Shown here: piece after piece, positions 1 through 13,509 of the stretch
Layout: each line of letters opens with the position of its first letter
Numbering within the stretch: position 1 is the stretch's first letter
Assembly: GCA_951406725.2 (NCBI GenBank)
Contig: OX597836.1
Location: 21,080,001 to 21,144,000 of the forward strand
Source of the DNA: Octopus vulgaris
Taxonomy: Eukaryota
Direction: 5' to 3'
DNA: 64,000 nt
Program-made: the position numbers and the translations under genes
The notes under the pieces: generated by a model
Database searches by the model: none
What the model was told of the DNA's origin: nothing
Seen by the model: only the letters and a program-made list of their open reading frames with translations

Positions 1-145
1 GTTACTAGCTCCTCATGAGTAGTCCAACAAGAGTTTGTCTTCTTGTAATAAAAATACTAAATGGATTTCAGAAGTTAAAGAGAAATTCTATAGTCAAAGT
101 GATATCCAAGATGATTTTCTTATTGAAAGACAGACGAAAGTTTAA

Positions 146-352
146 TCCTTTTCATAGCAACTCACCTGTAACTGATCTTGGTTCTATGACACAAAGTTCC
201 TGTTTTAAAGTGATCTAAAAGCTTTCGTGATAATTTATGTTCCAAACCCAAAGTTAATATTGACTATGCTGTCTTTATTAAATTTTTCATTGTTTTTGAA
301 ATTAATTGAAAGAAAGACAGTATTTTTCAACAGAAATATAATAACAAAAGGA
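146..352. mobile_element. Older TTAA MITE related to 12833-13053, reverse orientation (partial second copy at about 440-620)
   Basis: TTAA-TCCTTTT...AAAAGGA-TTAA; interior resembles the reverse complement of the 12833 element. Confidence 0.55.
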
Positions 353-906
353 TTAAATATTGTATGATTATCAGTCTGTGTTATGTATTCACCTGAGATG
401 TCCCCACTATCCATTCTATATATGTACACACACACAAACTTCTTGTTCTAAAGTAATCTAAACTAAAAAAAAAAAACCTTTCATCAAAATTTCATGTTAA
501 TCTACATTCCAAACACCAGTATATTAATGATGACAAAGTTCTTTTATTAAATTCTTCATTATTTTCAAACTTAATTGAAAGAAAGGTAATGTATTTCAAC
601 GGAAATATGGTAACCAAAGAATCTATCAAGTTTCTGCAGTTTGTCCTGCAGGTTATCGATTGATATAGATTATATACTATGAGAGGGTCTCCTTGGAAAG
701 GAAATGTTTCCTAGCCTGTTTTTGGAAAGCAATACATTCCCTAGCAGTTGACAGCAGATTTCCTTGTAAGCTTCCCACATACCTATAGGATCGGACAAGA
801 AGTCAGCCCCAGGTAGCACAGATCCAAGTTACTGCAAATAGGTGTTGTTTACACTGTCATTTTTGAGCCAGTCAACATCTAGTCTGGGACTGGCTGCCTT
901 CAATCT

Positions 907-1198
907 CTTACATTTGACGGATATTTGTCCTCATCTTGTTTGTTGTTAACACAATGTTTCAGCTGATATACCCTCCAGCCTTCATCAGGTGTCTTGGGGA
1001 AATTTCGAACCTGGGTTCTTGTTCCTAGGGTATTTTTCGATGTTATTATTATTATATTATTATTCAGGTCACTGCCTGGAATCGAACTCAGAATCTTGGG
1101 GTTAGTAGCCCACGCTCTTAACCACTATGCCATATGTCCATGGGCATATCTGTCAAATGTAAATAATGTCCATAATTCCTCATCTCTTAAATATAGAA
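907..1198 (-). mobile_element. Short element with tRNA-like head, minimal hammerhead motif and asymmetric inverted repeat
   Basis: Minus strand: A box TGGCATAGTGG, B box GAGTTCGATTCC, (AAT)n, then a hammerhead core. TTACATTTGACGGATAT (908-924) is inverted as ATATCTGTCAAATGTAA (1146-1162). Inserted within RTE sequence. Confidence 0.7.
948..993 (-). ncRNA. Minimal type I hammerhead ribozyme motif (degenerate copy)
   Basis: GACAC-CUGAUGA-A-GGCUG(gagggtatat)CAGCU-GAAA-C-A-UU-GUGUU. Stem I GACAC/GUGUU, stem II GGCUG/CAGCU. Two deviations are consistent with CpG decay from CCGAAACGUU. Confidence 0.65.
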
Positions 1199-1440
1199 GT
1201 GTCATAAGACTTCAGTTGCAATCTCAGCCACAAGATGTCTATGACCAGTACCCAAGATACTAGCATCATGAAAAACTCTGTGGTTCTGTAGGAGTCTCCT
1301 GTGGCCATCTACAAGTATGTGGTTGATCTCCTTTGCCACATGGCCAGTATTGGACTAGCAAGTCCAGTAATGCAGCTCAGGACATTGGTACCAGGAGTCA
1401 GGAATGCAAAGTCCATGGCTTTTGGCAGTAAATTAGCCAA

Positions 1441-2383
1441 AGGGCAGGAAGGTAGCCAGTGTTTATGGTATCAAAAGGGTGGAGACGATCAAGAAAGGTG
1501 GGCCGGCTGCAGTCTTGTTCTTGTGGCAGATCATCTGCTCAATCTGGAGTGTTGGCGTCTTACTGCTGGACAGGAAGAGAAGCATACTTATCCCACTCCA
1601 GAAAGGTAAAGGTGACTGCCATGACTGCAACAATTATAGCGCTATTACACTCCTCTTAGTGCCCAGCAAGGTCTTTGCAGAGTCATCCTGAACAGAGTGT
1701 GAAATCATCTGCTTATGTCTTTGGAGCCAGAGCTGTCAGGGCCCATGCCAAAGAGACCAACTACTGACAGGATCCTGGCTCTTCATGTACTCATTGAATG
1801 CAAGCAGAACTTTTAATAAGGGCTGTTTGCAGCCTAGGTTTACCTCAACAAGGTACTTGATAATGGACTCACTTGACAAGGGTGTTTGGTGCTGCCGATA
1901 TCTGAGTAGGAGGATGAAGTTTTAGATCTTTAGGTTTCTCCAGTTCTATAGTTGGGAGACTTGCACACTGTCCAGGGATCTAAAGTGTCACCTGAACCCC
2001 TTTGCTACCAGGATGTTTCACAGGATTATGAGTTACCATTGACTGGATTTTGTATCAAACCAATGATTCTACTCAGAAACTGCGATGTGTCCTATTACTT
2101 GAATGATTCAAGAGCACCAGCTCAGACTGTTTTGCCATGTCACTCGATTTTCTGAGTCAGACCCAGGTTACCAAGTTCTCTTCACTGAGGATCAGGTTGG
2201 GTTCATGGCTCTTGTTGGTCAACCACATACCACATAGTTATGGCAGATGAGGAGGTATCTGGAAGAGATGGGGACTGACTGGGACTATGCTCAATGGGTC
2301 TCCCAGGAGGACCTAGGAATATACCAACAAATGGTGAATGCAGCAACACACTGCAATGGCACATGTCCCCACACCTGACCTGA
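1441..2383 (+). mobile_element. RTE LINE RT and C-terminal fragment with (CCTGA)n tail
   Basis: IKKGGPAAVLFLWQIICSIWSVG...LIPLQKGKGDCHDCNNYSAITLLLVPSKVF, TTDRILALHVLIE, HQLRLFCHVTRF, ending CACACCTGACCTGA. Appears internally deleted near 1860. Confidence 0.8.
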
Positions 2384-3628
2384 TGCACTATAAATAATGC
2401 TGCTTTCATGAAAATACCAATGCAGGACTTGGTAAAAATACATCAAGTCTATTTCGGTAAATGACATTAAGCAGATAAAGACAAAAACCCAACAGAAGAG
2501 GACACCAAATGAATATTACAGGAAAAAACTGTTTTACAATGTCCTCATAAATACTTATAATAAAGTATGAATCATCAGATTTGAACTCATATCCTACAAC
2601 CTCGTTTCTTGATATATTTATCTCTTGGCCATTTCACAGGCTAAGTGTAATTGAGTTAAGCAGAGAGAAATTGAGTAATGACTGCAAGTGTTATCAGTGC
2701 ATCTGATAGACACATAAATATAAATATGTAATATGTAATATATAAATGAATGTTATATGGAGATGTATTAATAAAAATAATAACAAATATATATGTAATA
2801 ATTAGATTAATGTATTTTGAATGAAATGCAAGCAGAGTTATTAATATCAATTAATTAATGACAGTTTATTGACAAAACAAACAGAATATCACAAAAAAAG
2901 TTGCAGTATTTATTTCCTGTCAAGGTCAACTTTACATTCCACTGTTCTGAGATGGTCAATAAAATAAAGTAGCAGTCAAGTCCTGGAATCACTTTAATCA
3001 ACTGTATCCTCCCCCAAAGTTTGCGTGGCCTCATAGCTAATTAAAGTAAATATTAGTTAATTAGGCTGAATACATAATAAAAATGTCTCATAACTCCTGA
3101 AGGCTTTTAAAAGGTTAATTTCACAGCTTTATGCAGGGGAAAACTAAATCACTGTTTCTATAGGACAACAAGCTGTTGCAGAGAGCCTTTCTAGATGAAA
3201 TAGGTTACTTGACAATACCCAGGTGGAACAAGTTGCTCAGATTTAAGTGTAATGCCAAAATATCTAATGACACACCTGCCATGAAGGTGAAGACCTATGA
3301 GATGATAATCCAATACCAGTGATTTCACCAATATGCATACATGAAGGTCTGAAAGAATGTGCTTGTGCGTGTATTGAGTCAAAGCAGGGGCAAATATTTT
3401 AATTTTTAAAACAAGTCTATGAAGCAATTTTATCTCATACATTTTCACAGGTTCATTCCTTGCAATGGTATGTATACATTTAGTATGATACACAGATGGT
3501 TATTTTAATCTAATGGTCATTCAATTGCATATACTGAGTTTTTCTACAATCTCACAAATTTCCACATTAACAGTGAATGTTTTATTCACTGTTTCCTACA
3601 AACTCACACACACATGTACATGTGTGTG

Positions 3629-3672
<44 letters not shown>

Positions 3673-4954
3673 TGCATTTTTAAAATTTCATCTTGGAACA
3701 AGTTTCCAACAGTTGAAGTTATCTGCACTGTATTAGTAGTTGATCCAAAACTACCACAACTTGACTCAATGAACTCAGAAGCAGTCTAAAACTACAAAAA
3801 CATCCCTTGAAATTAATAGGCAATGGGAGTAAATTCTAAGGAGCTGAACATATCTCCGAGGACTCCTCGACAAAAGTTTGAGAAATATATTACTATTTGT
3901 CAGCACATCTGATCAGAGAATGTTGAACATATTTACTATCATTGAAGCTATGCTACCAATCCTGCTGCAAACAAAGCAGGACAAGTGTAAGATTTAGTAA
4001 AAAAAAAAAAAAAAAAAAACTTCAACAATCAAAAGCGAATGTGAAGCAAAGAATTTTCAAAATACCTGACAAAGTCAAGAGCTGACAAAGTTGTTAGAGT
4101 ATTAGACACAATGCTTGGTGATATTTGTTGTGGATCTCTGTGTTCTTAGTTCAACTCCTACCAAAGTAAACTTCACCTTTTGTCAATTTGGGATCAATAA
4201 AAAAAAGTGTGCCATGCCAAAGTGGTGGACTACTTGAACTGTAAGAATGTCGAACCAAATGCCTTGTGACATTTGGTCTGACTCTTGGCAATCTGAGTTC
4301 AAATCCTTCCATAATCTACTTGGGTGACAGGCTTAACCCATTGCCCAGTGTAACAGCACCACCTAACATATTTAGTGCCTATAGTGGAGTAGACTGTAAC
4401 AAATATTCAGGCCAGGTTTCTAGTTTGAAGAAAACTTTCCTCCCCAGCACTCACTCCTGGAAACTCTGGGAACTGCCTTCCCCACTGATTAAAAAGACTT
4501 TTAAAAAATCTCATCACAAAATAATTCAGAATTTTCCCTTAAAACTTGTTAAGACAGCAGCTGTGAAACATGCAGTATAGACAACTTCAACAATCTAGAA
4601 ACTAGTTTTGAGACAGAATTCAAGAACAGACGTTTCACATTAAATTCTGAAATGAACTACAAAACAGAAAATTTGGTATGTTGTATGAATACAACTCAAT
4701 CACAAATCAAGACACAACTGGTCTAATTATCAGCAACATTAGTAATTAATAGTTATGCATTATACAGTATATATTGGAAATTGTAGTCATGAAACAGTTG
4801 TAAAAGCAATTCCATTTATTTCTCAGTGCACGAAAACAAAACTAAATTTACTTTAGTTCATATTTTCATAGCAAGAGTTTTTACAAAACTCCAGACACTT
4901 CTCAAATTTTCTTTTTATATATGCTATGTTTGAGCATAAATATTTCTTTATATC

Positions 4955-4985
<31 letters not shown>

Positions 4986-6394
4986 AGTGTGTTTTTGCAG
5001 TGAAATGAATATAGTAATCAGTAAAAACTACAACCTGTCTTTCTTAATTAATTCATGACAGACTTTGGAAAAAGACATGAACGTCACAAGCTCTTATATA
5101 TCTCCACTCCTTAAACATTGTGTGTTTGTGTGTATGACTACATAAATAAATGTATGCAAAGTTAAAGAAGAATATTACAGTCAAGTCTCATTTTGTTTCT
5201 TTTTTTAATTTGCTGACAATTATGATCAGCTGATATATTTTGATTGGTCATGACAGAAAGAGAGTGAAAAAAAAAATACACTGTTCAGAATCTTTGGTCT
5301 GAGGAATTTTCAGGCAACTTTAAAAACACGGGTATTTGATAGCAGCTCTTGGATAGCTACACTTTATCATGATAAAGTTCAAAGATAATGAGATACAAAT
5401 AAGAAAAAAGCCAATGTAACTTTAAAAAAGTTAAACTTCTCTTGAAGAAGAATAAGAAAATGAATGAAAACCATGAAAATATGAATAACTGAAATCTCCA
5501 AATAACAAAGAAAATATCTATCTATAGCATCTTTATACACAACAATATTGCATCATTTAATATTTATATAAACTACAAAGGAAAATATTGAAATAAAGAA
5601 AGGGAAGTAAAATGAGAGAGGGTTAGAAAGTATAATAAATTATAAATGCATTTATTATTCAAAGAACTTACAAAAGACATACAAATGCGTATTATGATTA
5701 AATCATTATCATCATCATCGTTTAACGTCCGTTTTCCATGCTAGCATGGGTTGGACGGTTCAACTGGGGTCTGGGAAGCCAGAAGGCTGCGCCAGGCCCA
5801 GTCTGATCTGGCAGTGTTTCTACAGCTGGATGCCCTTCCTAACGCCAACCACTCCGAGAGTGTAGTGGGTGCTTTTTATGTGCCACCTGCACTAAGAAAT
5901 GCAATAGATAATCATATTCTTGTGTGTAAAAATTTTTGTTTAAAATGTGGTTTCACTGGATTAATTATGTACTAACAGAAGTCAGTAATTTTAGTATAAA
6001 GGGACATCATCTTTGATCTGCGGCAAAATAACTTCAAAAAATAAATGTTGGAAAACAATAATTTTTTAGACATAAAATGTTTTTGGCAAGTGAAACAACA
6101 ACACCTGCATTTTGATATGAAAACATAAGGGGATCATCAAAGTCTGTAGGCATGATAGCTGAAGAAAAGGGCGGTAAAATGATGTACATGAAAGTATACT
6201 TCCCAAAAGCCAAGTCACACCTACCATCTTAAAGAAAGAAACGGTACACTGCAGAATGTAATTCTGAATATTTGGAAATATAATATGTTCATAACTGAAA
6301 TATCTTTGATCTGGAGTCTACCAGATCAGGGTTGATACAGGGTTAATAAAGAAATGCTCTCAGCATGTTTCAAATTAAGATCTGCTAAGCTGGT

Positions 6395-6629
6395 ACTCTT
6401 TTACTCTTTTATTTGTTTCAGTCATTTGACTGTAGCCATGCTGGAGCACTGCCTTTTAGTCGAGCAAATCGACCCCAGGACTTATTCTTTGTAAGCCTAG
6501 TACTTATTCTATCGATTTCTTTTGCCGAACCGCTAAGTTACAGTGACGTAAACACACTAGCATCGGTTGTCAAGTGATGTTGGGGGGACAGACACAGACA
6601 CACAAACATACACACAGACACACAAACAT

Positions 6630-6690
<61 letters not shown>

Positions 6691-6857
6691 TACGACAGGC
6701 TTCTTTCAGTTTCCGTCTAGCAAATCCACTCACAAGGTTTTGGTCAGCCTGAGGCTATAGTAGAAGACTCTTGCCCAAGGTGCCACGCAGTGGGACTGAA
6801 CCCGGAACCATGTGGTTGGTAAACAAGCTACTTACCACACAGCTACTCCTACGCCTG
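6395..6857 (-). mobile_element. tRNA-derived SINE, type A
   Basis: Reverse-complement homologue of 15676-16092 along its length. Confidence 0.85.
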
Positions 6858-7189
6858 TAGTTCAATACAATATTCATTTAGTGATTTCATCTTTACCAAT
6901 AGAATGATTGCTCTTTATTAAAGTAAATTGTCACCTGTTTGGCTAGAAATGCAACCAAATCTCTCTCAAATCCTGTCCTACCATCAAAATGAAGTAAAAG
7001 ACATCCCAGATGATATAGTCCAAAATATCGTGAGTTCTACTGTCAATTTTGACATATGAGCAACCAGGTGTTTTACCAACTTACTCATTGAATTAGCTTC
7101 TGCAGTAGTTGAGTATACCACAGACAAGCATACCCTTAACATAATTCTGAGGTATTGCCACAAGCTCCAGTCCTTATTGTAGTGTGGTA

Positions 7190-7495
7190 TGCTTCAATGA
7201 CACTGAAAGTTAGGCCAGCAGAGTGAAAGCTCCTAGTAGGGTCACCCATGCTGGACAGGTAAAGAGATAGAAGCCAGGTTAATATGGACCACTTCTTCCC
7301 AAATGTAAAAAAATTAGGTTTGTGAAGGGCCAACACCCCTACCAATAAAAAAGACCAAAAAAAGTTACTGAAGCATTGATAATAGTTCAAAATCAACAAG
7401 GCTTGGAAGAGGAAAGCTTTACAATGAAGAGTCAAAAAACAAAGGAGAAAGGTTGTCAATGGCCTATGTTTTAAAGGGAATGAAGGACTTAAAAA
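7190..7495 (+). mobile_element. Putative bipartite RTE-derived SINE or deleted RTE
   Basis: GGGTCACCCATGCTGGACAGGT...GGGCCAACACCCCTACCAATAAAAAA (RTE 5' UTR-like) joined to GTCAATGGCCTATGTTTTAAAGGGAATGAAGGAC (RTE 3' end-like). Confidence 0.4.
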
Positions 7496-8413
7496 GTAAT
7501 TCTCAGGAAGAATCAATAAGACAGTGTGAGAAGCTGGACTTGAGAATTACGGGTACAGGACATCAGACAGGTTTCCACAGAATTTCCATGTACTCAAATT
7601 CTTTTGCAACTTGAGGCCATGGTAAAAGCACTAGCCCAAAATGTCAGGCAGTAAAATTGAACCGGGCCCCTCATGGATGCAGAACAAGCATTTTAACCAT
7701 TTAGCCATGCCTGCATCCTGTCCTGGATATGCAAAACAATAGATTGGACATAGCTAAAATATTTTAGATCATACAGCTGCTTAATCAAAGCAGTCCTTGG
7801 GCTAAACAATAACAAGTCAATTATGACACTAATCACATGCATATGAACGCAATATAATAATTTCCTCCCTAATTGGTTCTTCCTTAATATAGTCAAAATG
7901 AGTCACGAACAGATAGAATTTTCTAAAATTAAAATTTCTCATTAAATAAGATACTGCTTAATTTTTGCTTGAGATACGCCGGTGCTAACTTTTACACCTA
8001 GTTTAATTCTGTGTCTAAGTGGATTATTCCCTTTCAACCCCCAAACCCTACCCCTCGAGGTAAACCTCTATGCTTCTGTACAAGAACATGAAGTCATCCT
8101 GAGTGTATTAACCTTTTACAATAACAGTACTCATTCCAGAATCCAATTAATTTAATCAGCATACCTTTCATTATATACACGCAAAAAGCATCACCTACAA
8201 AAGAAATTTTAAACTTACCCATTATCACCACCACCACCACCATTTACAACTAATCATAAACTCAAACCAATGAGGAAATATTTATGCCCTCGCCTAACAT
8301 GTTACAAACAGCAATCAAAATCTCTCTTGAATCACTCTCCTTAGTCATCACTCACAAGTATGACCTGGTTGCCTGAACCACTCTTTCACTAATTATCTTA
8401 GATGCTTTAGTGA

Positions 8414-8720
8414 AGGTGCATCATTTAGTGATTAAGATATTTGGCTCACAATTGTAAAGTCATGAGTTCAATTCCTGGAGGCATAGTGTTTCCTTGAGCA
8501 AGACACTATATTTCACATTGCTCCAATTCGCTCAGCTGGAAAAATTCAGTTGTACCTGAAATTCAAAGGGTCAGCCTTGTCACATGTTGTGTCACACTGA
8601 ATCTCCCTGAGAACTATGTGAAAAGTATGTGTTAATTTCACCTGCTCGTTAATTTCACAAGCAGGCTGTTCCGTTGATTTAATCAACTGAGACCCTCATT
8701 GTAACCGATGAAGTGCCAGT
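8414..8720 (+). mobile_element. tRNA-derived SINE, third family (another copy at about 12715-13230, minus)
   Basis: B box GAGTTCAATTCC, CCTTGAGCAAGACAC core; body shared with the sequence flanking the 12833 MITE. Confidence 0.6.
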
Positions 8721-10014
8721 TTTTTGGGGGGTTTTTTAGGCACCTATGTAGACACCCTTACAACTCCACACATACCCCTTTTACCCAGCAGAACAGCAAA
8801 GATGTGACAATTGGAGGGAGAAGAGTTTGCACCAGCAGTTAGCTAGAACTCTTTTTCACCTGAATAGACTGGTACAATATGCCTTGCTCAAGGACACAAT
8901 GTGTTGCCTAATCCAGGAATCAAACCCACAACTTAATGATCATCAGCCCAGCGCCCCAACCACTGTATACATACATAAAAACATCACCTACAAATACACC
9001 ACAATCACAACCACCATTTAATCTATTGCCACCATTTAATCATAAACACAAGCTAATGAGGAAGTTTCTATGTGCTCACTTAGTTCGTTTAACATCCGCT
9101 TTCCATGCTAGCATGGGTTGGACGGTTCAACTGGGGTATGAGAAGCCAGGAAGCTGCACCAGGCCCAGTCTGATCTGGCAGTGTTTCTACAGCTGGATGC
9201 CCTTCTTAATGCCAACCACTCCGTGAGTGTAGTGGGTGCTTTTTACGTGCCACCAGCACAATAGCAGCTAAAATTTTCCTCAAATCACTCTCTACTCAAA
9301 TTTAAAAAAGGACACATTAAACAAAGTCATTGTGCAAGTACAAAATGGTGTAATATTCAGAGTTGGAAAGGTTTCACTTGTAGCTAGTTTTACTCAGGGC
9401 TAAACAACATCACAAGCACTATCAACACCATCTGTAAACTATATGAAAAACGAAAAAAAAATACGATCATCACCAACAAAGAGAGTTTTTATGCAGTTGC
9501 TCAACAAATTTCTTCAGATCACACCCTCCTATTCTATAATAAAGATATATTGTACAGTGTACCCTCTGATATACAAAAACAAAAGATGGTTGCAACCAGC
9601 CTGGGGTTAAACACCAACAGCATCAAAAACACAATCAACAACTCCACTCACTAACATGAACACAAACACGACTCTGTAGGGTTTCAAAATCTGGTAGAAA
9701 TAACAGTAAAAAATCTCCCTCGCCTCTTGAAAATGGTAAGGGATATATTATTAGACAATTAAGTTTTAGGTAAACAAAAAGAAGAATGGTCATATATATA
9801 TCATCATCATCATTTAGTGTCTGCTTTCCATGCTAGCATGGGTTGGATAGTTCAACTGGGGTCTGGGAAACCAGAAGGCTGCACCAGGCCCAGTCTGATT
9901 TCCTAACGCCAACCACTCCGTGAGTGTAGTGGGTGCTTTTTACGTGCCACCGGCACAGGTGCCGGACGGGGCTGGCAAGTGGCCACGGTCGGATGGTGCT
10001 TTTTACGTGCCATT

Positions 10015-10370
10015 GCAGACACAGCTGTGTGGTTAAAAAGTTCACTTCTCAACCACATGGTTTATCTTCTATAGCTCTGGGCCAACCAAAGCCTTATAAA
10101 TGGATTTGGCAGATGGAAACTAAAAGAAACTTATTGTGCATGTGTGTGTGTGTGTGTCCTTGCCTTGATATCACATGATAGTTGTAAAGGAGCATTACCA
10201 TCATACAAATGATACCTTCCATGATAACATGTCTTTATTTGGGTTAGATGCAATTTCCTTACTTGGAAACTGGTGAGCATTGGTGAGAGCAAAGGCATCC
10301 AGCTAAAGAAAATCTGCCTCAACAAATTGTATCTAACCCAATTAAGCATGGACAAAAGAATGTTAATATA
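10015..10370 (+). mobile_element. tRNA-derived SINE, tail type B (RTE-like tail)
   Basis: Same head as type A, but after (TG)n it continues to GGCATCCAGCT...CTAACCCA..AGCATGG. Relatives at about 14830-15320, 34900-35290, 63460-63850 (minus) and 22140-22640, 29093-29580 (plus). Confidence 0.65.
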
Positions 10371-11559
10371 TATTCTTTTATTCTTTACCAGTTGTAGTCA
10401 CTGGGCTGTGGCCTTACTGGGGCAATGCCTTAAATAGTTTAGTCAATCATGATTTACTTAGGAAATTCATTTTACAGACATTACCATGTGTATCCCAGGT
10501 TTAAAATAAGAACAAGTGTCCCTGTGTGTTGTAAAACATGACTAAAAGGTTTCACAACAGAAAGTGTAAAATACTCAGAAATACTACCCAACCATGCCAG
10601 CATGGAAAAGCAAACTAAAATACAGATCATGACAACAAATTCTGTAGATAAGTATTTTTTTAAAAGGTTACTAACGTTAATCCTAATACCAAACCACAGG
10701 AGATCTTCAATAATTTAACACACTTTCTATAGTAACCCACTGAGCATATCACTAAACTATCAGTAGCTAAATTTTTCTCCTGAACATTTGATGTAACACA
10801 GTTAAGTCAATCCAATCACTTTTAATAAAGCATCATGTTGTATGTTATTTAGAGTTTTTTAGTCTCAAGGGTAAAGGTCATGCTGGAATACTGCTTCATA
10901 ACCAAGGATGATTTTATTCTATCAATTGTTTCAGTCACTGGACAACAGCTAAGCTACTTTTATATTTTTTATCTTTTACTTGTTTCAGTCATTAGACTGT
11001 GGCCATGCTAGGGCACTGCTTTGGAGAATTTTCAGTTGAATGAAATGACCAAAGTACTTTTCTTTTTTTAAGCTTGCTACTTGCTTTATTAGTCTTCTTT
11101 TGCTGAACCGCTAAGTTAGGATGAAGACATTTACAGCACCTAAGTTTCATAAGCAGTCACCCATCTAAGTATTAAATCACTAATTAATGAGCCTTTTATT
11201 TACAAGGATTATACAACATGTCAAGCAGCCAAGACATGCTTTCAAAATGGATCATACAAATGCTGGCACTGTTTGTATGAACAGTGAGGCCTTTGTTTAC
11301 TATCAAAACATACATGTGAAAATAAGGAGAAATTTTGAACTCAATCACACAAACATATACATATTTACATATACAACAGGTTTCTTCCAACTATTAATTT
11401 CAATCACAAAGTATTGGTTGACTTGCAGCTATAGAAAAGGACACCAAGCAGCAATGTACACACATTAAGACTCAACTTCTAACCATCTGGTTCAAAGCAA
11501 GCATCCTAACCACACAGGCATACATGTACCCATGTGTATGTGTGTGTGTGAGAGTGTAT

Positions 11560-12065
11560 ATCATCATCATCATTTAACGTCCGTTTTCCATGCTAGCATG
11601 GATTGGACGGTTTGACCGGGGTCTGGGAAGCCAGGAGGCTGCACCAGGCTCCAGTCTGATCTGGCAGTGTTTCTACAGCTGGATGCCCTTCCTAATGCCA
11701 ACCACTCCATGAGTGTAGTGGGTGCTTTTTATGTGCCACTGGCACAGATGCCAGGGGATGCTGGCATCGTCCACGTTCAGATGGTGCTTTTTACATGCCA
11801 CCGGCACGGGTATCACAACTACAATTTCCATTTGATTTTTTTATTTTGTTGATGTACTTGACTTAATAGGTCTCCTCAAGCACAACAGGTCACCCTACAA
11901 TCCAAAGTAAGTACAGCAGGCCATCCTGCGATCCAAGGTACTTTGGATAGGCTTGGGCTGCTATGTGAAGCTGGTGCAGGAAACAGCCATGAACTCACGT
12001 TATTTGTCAGGTCTTCGCAGTCACAGCATATCTCCAGAGGTTTCGGTCTTTCATCATTGCCTCTG
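11560..12065 (-). mobile_element. 5'-truncated RTE: ORF end, 3' UTR and (GAT)n tail
   Basis: MMKDRNLWRYAVTAKT* followed by a UTR with GTGCC-N3-GGCAC-type repeats and CCATGCTAGCATGG...GATGATGAT. Confidence 0.75.
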
Positions 12066-12832
12066 TATATATGTACACATATCTTTTATCTCTTACTTGT
12101 TTCAGTCATTAGACTGCAGCCATGCTGAGACACCTCCTTGAAGGATTTTCGTTGAATGTATTGATCCCAGTACATTCTTTTTTAAAACCTGGCACTCATT
12201 CTATAAGACTCTTTGTCAAACTGCCAAGTTATGCGAACCTAAACACACCAACGCCTATTGTCAAGTAGCTGTGGACACACACATATATGATGGGCTTCTT
12301 TCAGTTTCCATCTACCAAATCCACACACAAGGTTTTCATCAGTCCAAGTTGATAGTAGAAGACATTTGCCCAAGGTGCTATGCAGTGCGACTGAACCTGG
12401 AACTATGTGGTTGGGAAGCAAATTTCTTACCACAAGTTTCAACGCACTTTCAGACTACCAAATTTGAATCACAACCTGAAGCTATACTAAAGGACACATG
12501 CCCAAGATGCCACATTGGATCAAAACTGGAACCACATGGTTGCAAAGTTAACTTCTTAACCACATGGTCATACCTGACCATATGGCCATAACTGCACCTA
12601 CACACACACACCTTTAAGAATTACTTCTGTAAAACATATAGCTTGATGTTCAATTATCTCAGTCATTACCACTGACATTTTCTTCAAGAAATTTAATGGA
12701 AAGATTTTATTTTTTTATGGCACTCCATTGGTTATAGCAACGAGTGTTCCAGTTGATTCAATCAATGGAACAGACTGCTCATGAGATTTACTTAAAAGTG
12801 GCTGAGCACTCCACAGACATGCATAGCCTTAA

Positions 12833-13053
12833 CCCTTTCGTTACCGTATTTATTTTGGGATGCTCTGTGTTTCTTTCAATTACTTTAAATATAACAAAGA
12901 ATTTAGTAAAATAACTTAGTTATCATTAAGCTAGTGTTAGGAGCATAAATTGTGACTAAGGTTTGGAGAAAGATTTTAATTCAAAACTTATGAAAACAAG
13001 ACATTTGTACTACAGAGCCAGAGCCAGTTTCAGCCGGGTTAGTAACGAAAGGG
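12833..13053. mobile_element. piggyBac-type MITE with TTAA TSD, nested in a SINE
   Basis: TTAA-CCCTTTCGTTAC...GTAACGAAAGGG-TTAA: perfect 12-bp TIR. Confidence 0.85.
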
Positions 13054-13509
13054 TTAACATAGTTCTCAGAGTAATTCGGCGTGGAAAAGAATGTAACAAG
13101 GCTGACTCCTCTGATATACAGGTATTACTCAGTTTTGGTAGCTGAGTGGACGGGAGCAACATGAAATAAAGTGTCTTGCTCAAGGACACAATGCACTGCT
13201 GGGTTGTGAACCAAATACTCTAAGCACTAAGCACACAATCCAATTGGAAAAGTTTCAACCTTTTCACAAAGAATAAGGTAACAATGAACGAGAAAAGTAA
13301 AGAAGGGGGTTGGCTGTGGTGATGATGGGATTGATTAAAATAAAGTGAATGGGACATGCACTTGCATTGTGGCCCAAAACTGATAAGAGTTTTAAACTCA
13401 GTGCTCCAAGCTGTACCTACCCATACACTGTGTTTATTTACATGAAACCTCAAGATGGTCAGGTGAAATGCTAAAAATAGTGGCTGATATCCTTTAAATC
13501 ACACCTTAG

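Larger units (their letters stand above)
640..1440 (-). mobile_element. RTE endonuclease/linker fragment (inverted 5' piece), interrupted at about 907-1198
   Basis: Minus frames give SHGLCIPDSWYQCPELHYWTC*SNTGHVAKEINHILVDGHRRLLQNHRVF...GHRHLVAE (APE endonuclease C-terminus) and PRLDVDWLKND...DPIGMWE...FLSKETL. Confidence 0.7.

Noticed and set aside
1065-1135. Functional tRNA gene
   Set aside because: A and B boxes are present, but there is no convincing acceptor stem or T-run terminator, and it lies inside a mobile element. The same applies to the SINE heads.
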